DNA from: Azolla caroliniana
Taxonomy: Eukaryota; Plantae; Polypodiophyta
Direction: 5' to 3'
Length of the DNA stretch: 64,000 nt
Assembly (NCBI GenBank): GCA_043228905.1
Contig: JBHGNT010000018.1
Span: 13,826,001-13,890,000 of the forward strand
The position numbers were made by a program, and so were the translations under genes. This document shows, piece by piece, positions 47,826 to 59,980 of the stretch (position 1 is the stretch's first letter; each line of letters begins with the position of its first letter). Below the pieces are notes generated by a model, which worked only from the letters and a program-made list of their open reading frames with translations, ran no database searches and was not told the DNA's origin.

Positions 47826-50800
47826 TATGTTTAACCGTTTAACAAAAATAGAGATGGATATGAAAAAATGGGTGAAAGACGCCGAAACCCACAAGAAAAA
47901 AGATAGAGAGGAAAAAGATGCCCTCAAGGCCGAAATAGAAAAACTTAAAGAGGAAAACACAAACCTCAAATGACAACTTAATGACATCGAGGTATCCCGA
48001 GAGGACGGTAAAATATCCTCCATAGAGGATATAAAAGATGAGATCAAAAAAGTTAAAGAGGAGGTTAAAAATAACATAGAGTTAGCAAAAACGGGTTGGG
48101 TAGATGTGGTTAAAAGAAACATTAAAAAAGAAATAAAGGATGAAAATATTGTTAATACCACCCTTGAAGAAGAGAAAATGCGTCAGGCCTGACGCCTAAA
48201 TGTCCATGTCACTGGGCTCAAGGAAGGTGCATCCCCGGACGAGGATGCACAAACACTTGGGAAAATGTTAGGGTACACAACAACCCTACCTATCACCAAA
48301 GCTTGGAGGGTCGGACATGACACAACTAGGAAGAGAGCCTTAGTTCTTCAATTTAAAGACTTAGACTCTAGAATCACTTTCTTTAAGAAGAGACCAATTC
48401 TTCGAGGATTGGGTGGGGACCCTATCTATCTCAATGAAGACCTCACCAAGATGCAAATTGAGCATTGCAAGAGTTGTATGCCAAAGGTTATGCAAGCTCG
48501 TAAAGAAGGGCATCGCGCCTTTTATCGAGATGGGCGAGTGATCATAAATGATCGCACTACTAATTGACGGCGTGTGGCCCATGTGACAAAAAACACACTT
48601 AGGATGACCTTATGGAATTGTAACGGCGCACTTTGGACACACCTCGGCCGCATAGAGGAGATATTAAAGGAATCAGATATAGTTTGCCTAGTAGAAACAC
48701 ACCAAAGCCCAAATAGGGGACTCCCACGAGTTGAAGGATTTCATTGGGAGTCGGCTTTTAGACAAACCTCACGTCGATGCATTACCATGGGATCTGGAGG
48801 TGTCGCAATATTGTTTCAGTGGGAGCTACATAATAGGATAGAAATATTGAGCACAGACCCAGAAGCTCCTTTTATGTGGGTGAAAGTCTCCACAAGCAAG
48901 GACAAGGCAGTATTTTTCACCATTTGTTACTTCCCCCCGAGAGGCCCTCGTTATAATCTGGCTGGCGAGGCGAGATTAGTTGATGAAGGAGTGCCACATG
49001 GGCCTTCCCCATATGAACCTCTATCGGATGACATAATCCGATATTCTTCCCAAGGAGAAGTATTCCTTGTAGGAGACTTTAATACGAGAACCCAATCCTG
49101 ACAATGCACAATATTTCAAATGAATAGAAACCTAGAAATGGTAAATGTCGATCCTTTAGACATAGACACCACACGTAGATCAAAGGATCAAGGTGCGGAT
49201 GCCACGAGCTTTGACCATCATTTTCTCAAACTTGGCAGTCGGCACCAGATGGTCATATATAATGGTTTAGCCAAGTGGCCAGATTCGGAAGAGCTCACAT
49301 GTTTCCCACATGGAAGAGGGGAAAGCACAGTTGATTATCTAATAGGACGCCCTGAAGCTACCCACATGATTAACTCCTTCCGAGTGGCCCCATGTCCTAT
49401 TGGCGCGGACCATAGTTTCTTATACTTCGAGCTAAAATGCGATATCTCTAACGTCGCCAACTCTACTCAACCATGCCATGACATCACAATACATTTCACA
49501 CATGAGCTCTCTGACATATATGCTCGACATGTTCAAGCCCATCTCTCCTCCCTTGATCCCTCCCTACCTTTAGAGAGCCTTAGTACGAAACTCACACACA
49601 TCCTTCACTCTACAGCAGTTAGCAGTTTTCCATACACGAAACACTCCAATCAAGGTAAAGTAGGATCTATGCCACAAAATAGATGGTATGATGAGGATTG
49701 TAGGTGCTTACATAGACAACTTACAATATCGCAACTTAGTGGTAGTATTACCTCAGTACAAGCTCGTAAAGAAATGCGCAAGATGACACATCGTAAGAGA
49801 CGAGCATGGGAGGCATCCCAATATTGGGAACTCTACCATATGCTCATGAGTAGCGATTGTGCCACTGCATGGAAGAGATTACGGGAACCAAGACCACAAA
49901 CACCCATCGAAGATCCCGAAACTTGGCACACTTATACAAAGAGACTTTACCAAATCCCAAACCAACCACCCATTCCAATGCCTTCTACACCCCGACCTAC
50001 TATGGGGACACTCTTCACGACCTCTAGGGTCACGAAGGTCATAAAGAAATTACAACATAGGAAGTCCATGGACCACACAGGATTGCGAGCAGAACACATC
50101 ATATATGCGAGAGAGTGAATAGCTCCCTTGCTAACTCTAATCTTCAATCACGCCCTCGTAGAGGGTTTTCCACCACAATGGATCATGAACACAGTGGCCC
50201 CCATACATAAAGGGGAGGACCCCATGGACCCAAATACTTATAGGACCATTATGATAGGTCATACCCTTGCTAAATTATATGGTGCAGTAATGGAGGCAGA
50301 GCCTAGCGATTCTATGGAGACCTTAAATATTCGTGCACCTGAACAGGCTGGCTTTAGACGAGCCTTCTCCACTATTGATCATATCTTCACACTTAGATGC
50401 TTAATTGACCAGACTAAGGCTCGCAAGAAGAAACTATATTGTTGTTTTGTGGTCTTCCGCAAAGCCTTTGACACAGTCCCTAGAGAGCGGTTGTTTGATA
50501 GGCTTAAGAGCTTGAGGATACCAAATGACATGGTTTGGGCCATCTACGCACTATATGAACAAGTGTCCGGGTGTGTTCGATGCCCAGGTGGCATATCCGA
50601 TAGTTTCACTAGCACTATTGGTGTAAAACAAGGTTGCCCCCTATCTCCAACTCTTTTTGGGATCTACATTGATGAGATCACAGATTTTATTGCTCGTAAG
50701 GGAGGCAATGGAGTAGTCCTTGGGGATACGTAGGTGCGTATCTTGCTCTATGCAAACGACATAGTTTTGCTCTCTGAATCCGAACACGACCTACAAAGGC

Positions 50801-52305
50801 ACCTTAATGACTTAGATGACTTTTGCACACAACGAGGATTGGTAGTGAATCTAGGGAAAATGAAAGTCCTTATCTTCCACACGTCGGCCCAAGTTAGAGC
50901 TAAGTGTCACCTAACTATCTCCCATAGCCCAGTTGAGGTGGTTGGATCATATGTCTATCTCGGAGTCACTTTCAATGCCCGCTCAGGTAAACTTTCGATG
51001 ACACAAGCAGCGAAGGATAGACTTACAAGAGGACATGCATCCCGCTCACTCCTCGAGAGACAATGCCACCAAGCATACTTCCAAGAGCCACGAACTAAAG
51101 GGTGGCTCTTTGACTCATTAGTGACTCCCTCTCTCATGTATGCATCAACGGTTTTGGCTCCAAGACTACCATCTTTCATGTGGACGCAATTAGAGAGACC
51201 ATTGGTGATGATGTTATCACGCCAACTCTAAAGCAAATTGTCGGTCCCACATGACATTATTAGGGTTGAGTTCACTCTACCCCCTATGTTAGTAGAAGCA
51301 CGTTTTCAACTTGTAGTCTTTATCCACAGGATACATAACCAACCACTTGATAGAATATCCCATCAAGCCTTTAAGGCTTCTCGAGCACTGTATGAGTCCC
51401 GCTATACTAGCTCATGGTATGGCATGATGGTGAGTTGGCTTCTTGCCAACGGTCTAAACATTAATAACCTCCCCCCCCTTAAGTACGACCACACGACTGA
51501 TAACACTTTAATCTCTCATGAGGACCGCAATAAAGTAATACGCCAAGAAATATGGCAAATTTATACTCGGTATAAATGGACCACCCCACTAGAGCCACTC
51601 CCATCTAAAATGTCGTACTATAAGGAACACTTTATGCACTTCTCTAAGTTAGGTTTTATCACGCGACCAAGATATCTAGATGTATTCTTACCACATGCAC
51701 TAAGGGTTGCCATTGGTCAACTTAGAATATCATCTCACCAACTTGAGATTGAGAATGGACGTACTAATGGAGTCCCTAGGGAGGAAAGGATATGTAGGTT
51801 ATGCCACATAGAGATAGAGGATGAGTACCATTTTACATGCAAATGCCCCACCTATGCCGAGATAAGGGCAAAATATCAAGGCATACTTGGTTCCTCTCCC
51901 ACCCTCCCTAAACTATTAGATACACTAGATATAAAGAAATTAGGTAGATACATCTTAGAATTGAAACAACACAGAGAGAATAAGTTACAAAATGTTGCTA
52001 ATGTTCACCAACATGTAACAAATGAAGTTTTTCAAGAACAGGGGGAGACAATGAATGTCGACACACCTGCACCACTCGGGCTTTTCCTTGATGAAGCAGA
52101 AAATCAAAGAAGAACCAAACGCCCTTGGATGTCGGGTTTCAAAGCAACTCGACGAGATGTAGAAGCAATAAAGAAAATAAGGGAACGTGAACTACACCGC
52201 CTAGAAGCCATGGCTAGGACACTCTATGCATCGGGACCATGGGTCACACCCACACCAAAAACTTTTGACCTCCCACTTCTTTTTGAGAGACTTGGGTGGA
52301 AATGA
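47826..52305 (+). mobile_element. Non-LTR retrotransposon (APE-RT LINE, RTEX-like), 5'-truncated; ORF1 remnant to 48567, ORF2 48604-52305 with four in-frame stops
   Basis: Coiled-coil ORF1. APE motifs WNCNG, CLVET, GGVAI, GDFN, TVDY, ADH. RT motifs EQAGFR, KAFDTV, GVKQGCPLSP, LLYAND. C-terminal LRISSH.LEIE.GR...C..C..EDEYHF..C. Confidence 0.88.
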
Positions 52306-52829
52306 GATTAGGCTTAGTGCAAAGTTTTGTACACTACTAGAACTCTATTAGCTTAAGCTATTTTCTTTTATTTTAGTTTTGATGATTGGATAAACACTCA
52401 TTTTTGTTGTAAACCAATTGTCTCATGGGCCAAATTTGGCCTTAGAAAACGTTAATATATCTTTCTTTCTTTCTTTCTCATCACTTGTGCCCCAACACCC
52501 CATCTCACATTGCAATGCATGTGAGCTAAGTCGCATGGAAGCAATGGTTCGAATGGAAGCCAATGGAATGGGTTCTAACATTTATCTATACGTACGTTAT
52601 CCCTGTTCTGCGAAGAATATGGTTTTGTAGTTACAATTTACGTGCAACATGTGTAGTATAATGTGTGAGGAGTGAGTATCCACATTTTTCTCATGTCATG
52701 ATACATTGGCATTGCAATCCCTCTTTTACAAAGGAATCTAGTGATGCATCATGAAGCAAATGTGTTACATCCCATCTACCAAACCACAGAGAGAGAGAGC
52801 GAAAGAAGAGGATTGGAACATTCTCCTCG

Positions 52830-53325
52830 TCCAACAATCTCCACATTTAACGATCTCCTCCTCAAGTATTTTCCATCACAACGTGAAGTATTTATATGCC
52901 TTCTTTCAAACCCTCTGAGCCTCTTCTTTCATCCATGATTGATCCACAGTTAATGTGTTCACGAATTGGCCTATAAGCAACCAATCCTGTTCATATTCAT
53001 CTTCCTTGAATGTAGAGAATGTTCATGCATCATTTCTTTCAACAATAATAGTTGTCTTGAAAAAGCCAAGTTCCTCATTGTCATCCATTGGCTCCATTTC
53101 TTCATGGTACCTAGCTCTAGAAGCACATCTACCATAGTTTTATCCTTCCCAACCACATGTCAGACCTCTAGTTTAAGTGATTTGATATACACTATCTATC
53201 GTAGCATCTAGAGATAATCCCAAGGATTGAGAAGTATTATGTTTTGATAACGACCTTTGCCCTGATCAAGTAATCTCGGACCACCTTCATGGCCAACACA
53301 ATTCCCCATAATTCACCTTTTAATT
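52830..53325 (-). pseudogene. Old relic of E-family Gypsy RNase H
   Basis: Minus frame KGELWGIVLAMKVVRDYLI...YIKSL..EV*HVVGKDKTMVDVL matches E KRELWGVVWAIKSDRDYLI...EVRHISGKDNVVADML. Confidence 0.7.
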
Positions 53326-53344
53326 GTATTTCAAAGTCTTTATT

Positions 53345-53760
53345 TTGTGTATCCAAAGTGTTCCATTGCAATTCCAAATTGCAATCTAGTCATGATGTTT
53401 AATGGGCCACTAATCCATGTTCAAGGGCCTTGTAATGTATGAGACAAGACCATTGCAATAAATTGATGTCTTACCCTCCTTTCAAGCTTGTATAATCTAT
53501 AGCATAATTTGTTTTCTATGATCAATTTGCATCTCAACAAGTATTCAAGGAAGATAACCAGATCTCCTAATCATCACAGCATGAATCACAATTGTATAAA
53601 GGTAAATACTTTCTCCATTCACAATATGGGTGCCCAAGATTGTTTGATATCATTTCTTGCTCTCCTAAGTTTTAACAAATGGCATTGTTTCTTCTTTCCC
53701 TATCAAGCTTGCTGCAAAGTTTTCCTTCATTCTTGCTATTGGTTGTCTTGCATACTTCAT
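53345..53760 (-). pseudogene. Old relic of a related LINE (ORF1 end / ORF2 start)
   Basis: Minus frame IQA*KEGKTSIYCNGLV...IAIWNCNGTLWIH matches MQARKEGHRAFYRDGRV...MTLWNCNGALWTH at 48490-48640. Confidence 0.65.
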
Positions 53761-54739
53761 TGACACTTCTTTAAGTAGGCAGTGACATGAGGTGCGAGCA
53801 AAAACACATAACAAAATTATGACGAAATGACCATTTATTTAGAGAGTGAGATTACAATGAATGAAATTTTAATGCCTCTTAGGGTAATATTACCTTTTAC
53901 TCAAAGAATAGCCTTAACATAACCCTCCAGTCAACCATTTACTCTTCTTCGATAGTGCTCAAATTACACATTTCATAATGAAATGACTAGAGTTGTAATG
54001 ACGGGAGAACATAATCACAATTACTGCCTGTCTTTCTCATCATGAGATTGTAAGTTCACTTAAGAAAATTCACACACATGAATCTATGTTAACTGGATAA
54101 AGCATCATTGTCAATTGATTAAAAATAAGAGAAGGGTCTACATCTAGATAAATAAACTGAATCATTAGACAAATAATCTCCCAAATCAATCATTTTAAAA
54201 ATTTATAATGAAGAAAATTTATGGAGATTTTTTTTGTTACTCTTAATGACAAAACCCACTAAATTCTCCTTTTCTTGTAAAGTTTTGAAGTTTTGTTAAG
54301 GCTATCAAAGCTAGCCTCTTTACATATAAAATAAAAGTAAAAACACCTTCCATTGTTCAATTGAAAGATAACATTTTTAACAAATTCCAAACATTCAACT
54401 TGCAATTGTTATCAAACCACATCATCACAAGCATTAAATTTTTGTCAAATGAAGGGCAAATTCAATACAAATGACGAGAGATGCTACTAAAAATAATTTG
54501 GAAACTCATATCGCTTCACTGATAAGACCGTGACATGAATATGCACACGCCAAATCAATATTAAATAGATGTGTATGAGAGATCAATACCAACCTTAATT
54601 AGCAAACACAAGTATTTATTTATCTTCAGTAGCTGCCTCACAATGTCATCAACCCTGGCACAAATCCTGTAACTATATTATCAAATACATAAAAAAAGCC
54701 AAGGAGCCATCCAAGTTTAAAGAAAGATTGAAGTGTTTC

Positions 54740-54743
<4 letters not shown>

Positions 54744-54771
<28 letters not shown>
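54744..54771. repeat. (AT)n microsatellite
   Basis: Pure AT run of about 13 units. Confidence 0.9.
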
Positions 54772-54773
<2 letters not shown>

Positions 54774-55229
54774 CAAAAAGTGTGGACAGATACTATATAC
54801 ATGTATGCATGTGATATCTGTGAACCTAATGATGCAATCCTAGCATAAAGAAAACATCGAACTATGAAATAATGCATGCAAAGACCACTTGAAAAACACT
54901 CAAATGACATGAGAGAAATATATTAAACATTGAACTAATGTAAGGATCCATAAAAAGTTTTTTGTTTACTCAAGGAAATGGTTCTCTGATTGCATCAGAC
55001 TTGTCCAATGCATGTAATAGTAGTACACAGCAAAGCATGTTTACTTACTTTCAAACATAAAAATGAATTGAGCACAAACTTGCAAGATGACATCAGTGTT
55101 AATATAACTTGCTATAGGTACTTCGGTAAACAAACATACACCCCGGGTCAAAAATAATAAAAAGGAAAAGTAACCCAGGCCTAGTTAATCATGGAAATAA
55201 ACTCTAGCCAGAAAAAAACTAGACTTTCA

Positions 55230-58200
55230 TCAATTTCGACTGTATGGATGATATCGACCGGATGAACTACGGCTACTTCCATATCCACTACCCGAGCCAT
55301 AGCCTCCTCCACTACCATAGTTTCCACCACCACCGCCATATGGCATGCTCCCATAACTGTCATACTCTCCATAACCACCAAGAATGCCACCATAACCACC
55401 ACCAAATCCATCATAACCTCCACCATAACCACCTCCAAAAGGGGCACCAGCACCTCCAAATCCTCCACCACTACCATATCCAGATCCACCACCATAACCA
55501 CCACCGCCACCCCTTTGATAGCCACCATATCCACCTGATCCATAACCACCAGCAGCTCTTGGCCCATAGCCACCACCACTTCCTGGGCGGTACTGACCCC
55601 CATACGGACCTCCATTATATGGCATGAATTCATTGTAGCCTCCTCTATAGTCGCCACCACCACGGCCTCCCCTAACCGGAGGACCTGGCTCGGGAGCATT
55701 CCTTTTTGGTTCTGCCTTTTTAACCTCAATCTGCAAAAGAGAAAGTCAAATTTACATAGGGCACATATAAACAATATATATATAAGACATTTTTAGACAT
55801 GTTCCCGTGAAGAAACATGGTGTTAAACAATTATGAGGCAGGTAACTTAGGGAAGCATGAGGGCAAGTTGGCTCCTACTAAAATGGAAGAATGCCGAGGA
55901 CTGAGTAAATTTAGTTTGATGATCATCACGGTGAATAAATTCATGCATGTACACAAGATGATATTCTATTCCATAAGGAAAAGAACCACATTTGCCTCAC
56001 ACCCACAATATTTAAATAAAGTAGTGATGATTATCGAACATTAAATATGTATATCACAAGAAGCTTCAGATACTTTCCCATGCAAGAAAGAGCAAAATCT
56101 CCCTACAATGTCCAATATTAGCGATACATAGTTTCCATCAGCATTATGAGCCACTGTAAGAAAAGGTGCACATAACTAGCTCACTAGGTGTCATTGGACA
56201 TGTTAGGGAACCATGCTGGGAAAATGTCAAATGACATTGGGTGCTAATCCTTAATGTGAGAAATGATCTTAGTATTCGACATATGTCTGAAGTAATGAAA
56301 ATATATCTTACCGGCTTGCCCCCAAGTTCAAGTTTGACACCATGGGCGAGTAAATCATCCACAGAATCTTCACTTTCAAAAGTTACGAACCCAAAACCCC
56401 TTGAACGACCAGTTTCTCGATCTTGCATTATTTGCCTTTCAGATATTTTACCAAACTTTGAAAAGTATTCTTGAAGCTCATCTGTAGCAGGGACTAAATC
56501 AAATGAGGAAGAAATAACATAAAAACACATGAGAAATATCATAAACTGCTTCCTATTTACCTTCAGTAATTGAAGTGGGAATGCCACCAACAAATATTTT
56601 CTTTGTTCTTGGTCCTTTCACCATCTTCTCTCGAGGAATTGACCTCTTAATTTCAACCTACACAAACAGAAAAAAACACATTAAATAATGCCTACAGAGT
56701 ATGAGAGAAAAAAAAAATTAGAATGTTTCTGCCTTGTACAGTGTACCTTACGTGGCAGAGGAAAGCAAAGTACTACATGTGTGATTAAAGCAAAACATTC
56801 TTCAATACTTACTGTTTTTCCATCTAGAACATGCTTGTCTTGGATTACTCTGTCCACAACAGATGGATCCGAGTAGGTGACAAAACCAAACCCTCTGGTG
56901 TGGCCAGTAGCTCGATCTCGCATAATAACAGAATCGATGATTTCCCCATATTTCTTGAAATGTTTTGTTAGCTTTTCTGATCAAATAGAACAAGCAATAT
57001 CTTAATTCAAGTTCTGGGATACATCAAATCCAAAAAAAATGTTGTCAAGGACAAAAAAAGCTTTCACGGTAACATGAACCAATAACCTTATTCAGAAAAC
57101 ATTGGGCCATGTCAAACTGCATTTTAATATTTCATACTAGAATTCTTAAAATCTATTAAGTATATTCTACATCAACTTTAAATATGACTCTAAATTTCTA
57201 AATGCCTGGATTTTCATGAGATGAACTTCTCTAAAGCCAGTACTAGGATTTTAAGAAAGTAATTCAATTTCTCTCTTTTTTGGGTAGAATGTGAAACTTC
57301 CACATGAGCCAAATTGTCTTCTGACTTTAAGGTATGTGAGTCAAGAATTCCCAACATCTATAATGTTAGTTCAAAAATGCTATTAAAGCTCTTGGGTAAT
57401 ACACAAAACCAATATGACTTGGACATTTTACCACGTGTAAAAAACCACTTTCCCTCATGTTTCCCAAAAGAGTTACGCATTATGAGCTTATTTATACAAG
57501 ATGTGGAAAAGACTACTTTCACTCATGTTTCCTTAAAGAGTTGGATGTTATGAGCTCCTTTACACAAGAAGAACCATACATAGCTATGAATGATCAAGGG
57601 AAACACAATAGAACATTTTCCATATTGGAATACACCCACATTACCTCGTGTTGCCCCTAGTATTAGACATTATCAGGGCTCAGTAGCCGAGGAGGAACAT
57701 ACTATGGATACCTCATCAGGGATGTTATACCTCGGCCTAAAGTGTTTATAGTGAGAAGACCTAATCTACAATGTGGAAATCAGTGGCACAATATCAAAGC
57801 AATGTTGAGTCCCCACATCGTAGTTTGGAATTGAAAACAAGATTTGATGTTATAAAAATAAACAATAAAACAAATGAGATATCCAAAATGCTAGAATTTG
57901 AGATATTCAAATATGTTAAAATTTCATGTAATGGTTTGATGAGCATGAAGAAAGGACAAATTCAAATATACTGAAAACAAATCATGGTTCTACCTGTAGT
58001 TGTTTCGCCAGCGAGTCCACCAATGAAGATTTTCCTTTGACCATATGAAAATGTGAAGGCAACATAAAATTAGGGAAGAGAAAACTCCACTAAAGAAACA
58101 CACGCCTATGACTTGGATCATCAAAGTGACATCTAGATATTATATGCAAAACTTAATATGTATATAGATATCTAATCTAGACAAGACTAAACTAGCTACA

Positions 58201-58503
58201 AGACCTTGTATCTAAAGGCAAAGCTATGATGATCTTAGCAACTAACCCTGAACCGGAGGGAAACTTATTGTTGGAAGAATCCTTAGCTTCTCTGACTAAA
58301 TTAGGGTTCTCTGTTTTTGGCTCTCTTGAGTGGCCACCTTCATCGATCTTTGTGGCATTTTCTTCCTCTTCCTCTTCCTCTTCCAACTCTTCTAATTCTT
58401 CAATCTCTTCTTCTACCAATTCTTCTTCATCTTCTTCTTGTTGATCTATGTTGTTTTGCTCTTCAAATTGATCTTCTGACTCATTGGGACGGCCTGCCTC
58501 CAT
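55230..58503 (-). CDS. hnRNP A/B (Musashi/DAZAP1-like) 2xRRM glycine-rich RNA-binding protein, 409 aa; exons 58503-58247, 58034-57994, 56976-56813, 56657-56561, 56481-56312, 55730-55230
   Basis: All five introns are GT-AG and phase-consistent (1230 nt in total). Acidic N-terminus; RNP2 KIFIGGL and KIFVGGI; RNP1 RGFGFVTY and RGFGFVTF; RGG/YGG-rich tail ending RYHPYSRN (PY-NLS-like). Confidence 0.95.
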
Positions 58504-59420
58504 CCTATTCCAATGAAGAAATATATCCTCTACAACTGTAAACCTAGTTTTAAAAACCCTGTGCTTCGTCTATAAACAAAACTCTAAATTCTCTTAGCAA
58601 AAATACTAAAATCTGGCAAAAAATCAGACTCCAAAATCTTCTACAAAAACAAACCCTATCCAAAAACCTGATCCAAAATCTTCTCTCAAAAATTCGAGCT
58701 CTAATCCTTTCAAAAAAACGCAATCCAAAGGCACCAAACCCTAGATTCCTACAATAATAAAACAACCATACGTAAATTCTTTTAATAAAGAAACAAATCC
58801 TGGCCCAGACAACTCCAAATTCTTTTACCACTAAACATTGGCCAAGAACCAAAATCCAAACGCTTTTAGAAACCACAAAACCCCAGCTAAAAACCAAACC
58901 CTGAATTTTCTTAACTAAAAGCTTAAAGTAAACCCCAAATTCTGTTAGAAAAACTCTGAACACAAGGGTAGACCCAACCTTATATCCTTTTACTAGTAAA
59001 TTAATGTCTAGCCAAAATCAGGCCTAAATTGTATTAGAAAAAACCAAACCTGAAATCTTATTATCAAAGCCCCAAACTAAAAGATGAACCCGAGTCAGAA
59101 AAAAAAAACCTAAATTGTTGAAGAGCAAAGCACAAGCAAGGCTCTATTTGTTCTTCGCAGATATATAATACAATCACATAATCTACTGCTGCGTGAAAAA
59201 CAAACCCCGAACGAGTTCTAGACCCCAAGAAAGAAACAGCTAATCCTGAAAATGCTAAACGAGTCTGCGTCTGTTAGGGTTTCCTTTTTACTCTTCCTGG
59301 GGCTTTTTCCTGCTATACATGTGTGCGTGTGGGTAAAATACCTGGTTACTCTGTTTCGCCCTAAGAGTTGAGATCTAGGGTGAGACGATAGACCATAGCT
59401 CTGTTTCTCTCTCACTCAGC
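58504..59420 (-). promoter_or_regulatory. Putative 5' UTR of the hnRNP gene with a leader intron (about 59341 to 58536 or 58530)
   Basis: Donor CAG|GTATTT at 59342/59341; T-rich intron; tandem acceptors ACAG|TTGTAG|; GA-rich first exon. Inferred from sequence only. Confidence 0.55.
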
Positions 59421-59449
59421 GTTATTCCTTTGTATACGAGCATGAATGA

Positions 59450-59770
59450 ATGTATTGTATGTATGCTCTATATCAATATGTACATACATATATTGTACAT
59501 ATATGTATTGAATTGAATGTTATGTTATGTATGTATGTATGTATGTATGTTATCATTATGTTATGTATGTATGTATCTACACACCTATCTATGTTATGTT
59601 ATGTATCTATCTATCTATCTATGTTATGTTATGTATCTATCTATCTATGTTATGTTATGTATGTATCTATGTATATTATGTTATGTATGTATCTATATAT
59701 GCTATGTTCTGTATGTATGTATCTATCTATGTTATGCTATGTATGTTAATGCTATGTTACATGTGTGTGT
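59450..59770. repeat. Compound TATG/TATC/TATGT simple-sequence tract
   Basis: Directly visible low-complexity array. Confidence 0.92.
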
Positions 59771-59980
59771 AGCAGCATCTTTACAAAGATATATTGAATG
59801 TTTTGATGAACCTGAAAACTAGCCTTCGTATTCTAGAAATTGACTATTGTTCATTTTTCTTTTCCTCGTGTAGAAGGCTTCACTCAATTGAGAGATAGGT
59901 AGATAGGTAGATTTTATTAACATCTTCGGAGGTCAAATATGACCTATGAGACCAAAAATATTACATTTCACGTGATACGT

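Noticed and set aside
47599-47973. 124-aa ORF as a gene
   Set aside because: Chance fusion of LTR sequence with the LINE ORF1 remnant at 47826.
52810-52835. GGACGAGGAGAA|TGTT on minus as a PPT/LTR junction
   Set aside because: Better explained as the end of the E-family pol relic; no LTR terminus or partner found.
55181-55774. 197-aa Val-rich and 127-aa His-rich ORFs
   Set aside because: Alternative and antisense frames of the glycine-rich last exon.
57680-57830. Possible LTR relic in intron 2 of the hnRNP gene (CCCACATCG motif)
   Set aside because: A single short motif with no termini or TSD.
59450-59822. Cys/Tyr/Met-rich ORFs
   Set aside because: Translations of the TATG/TATC simple repeat.
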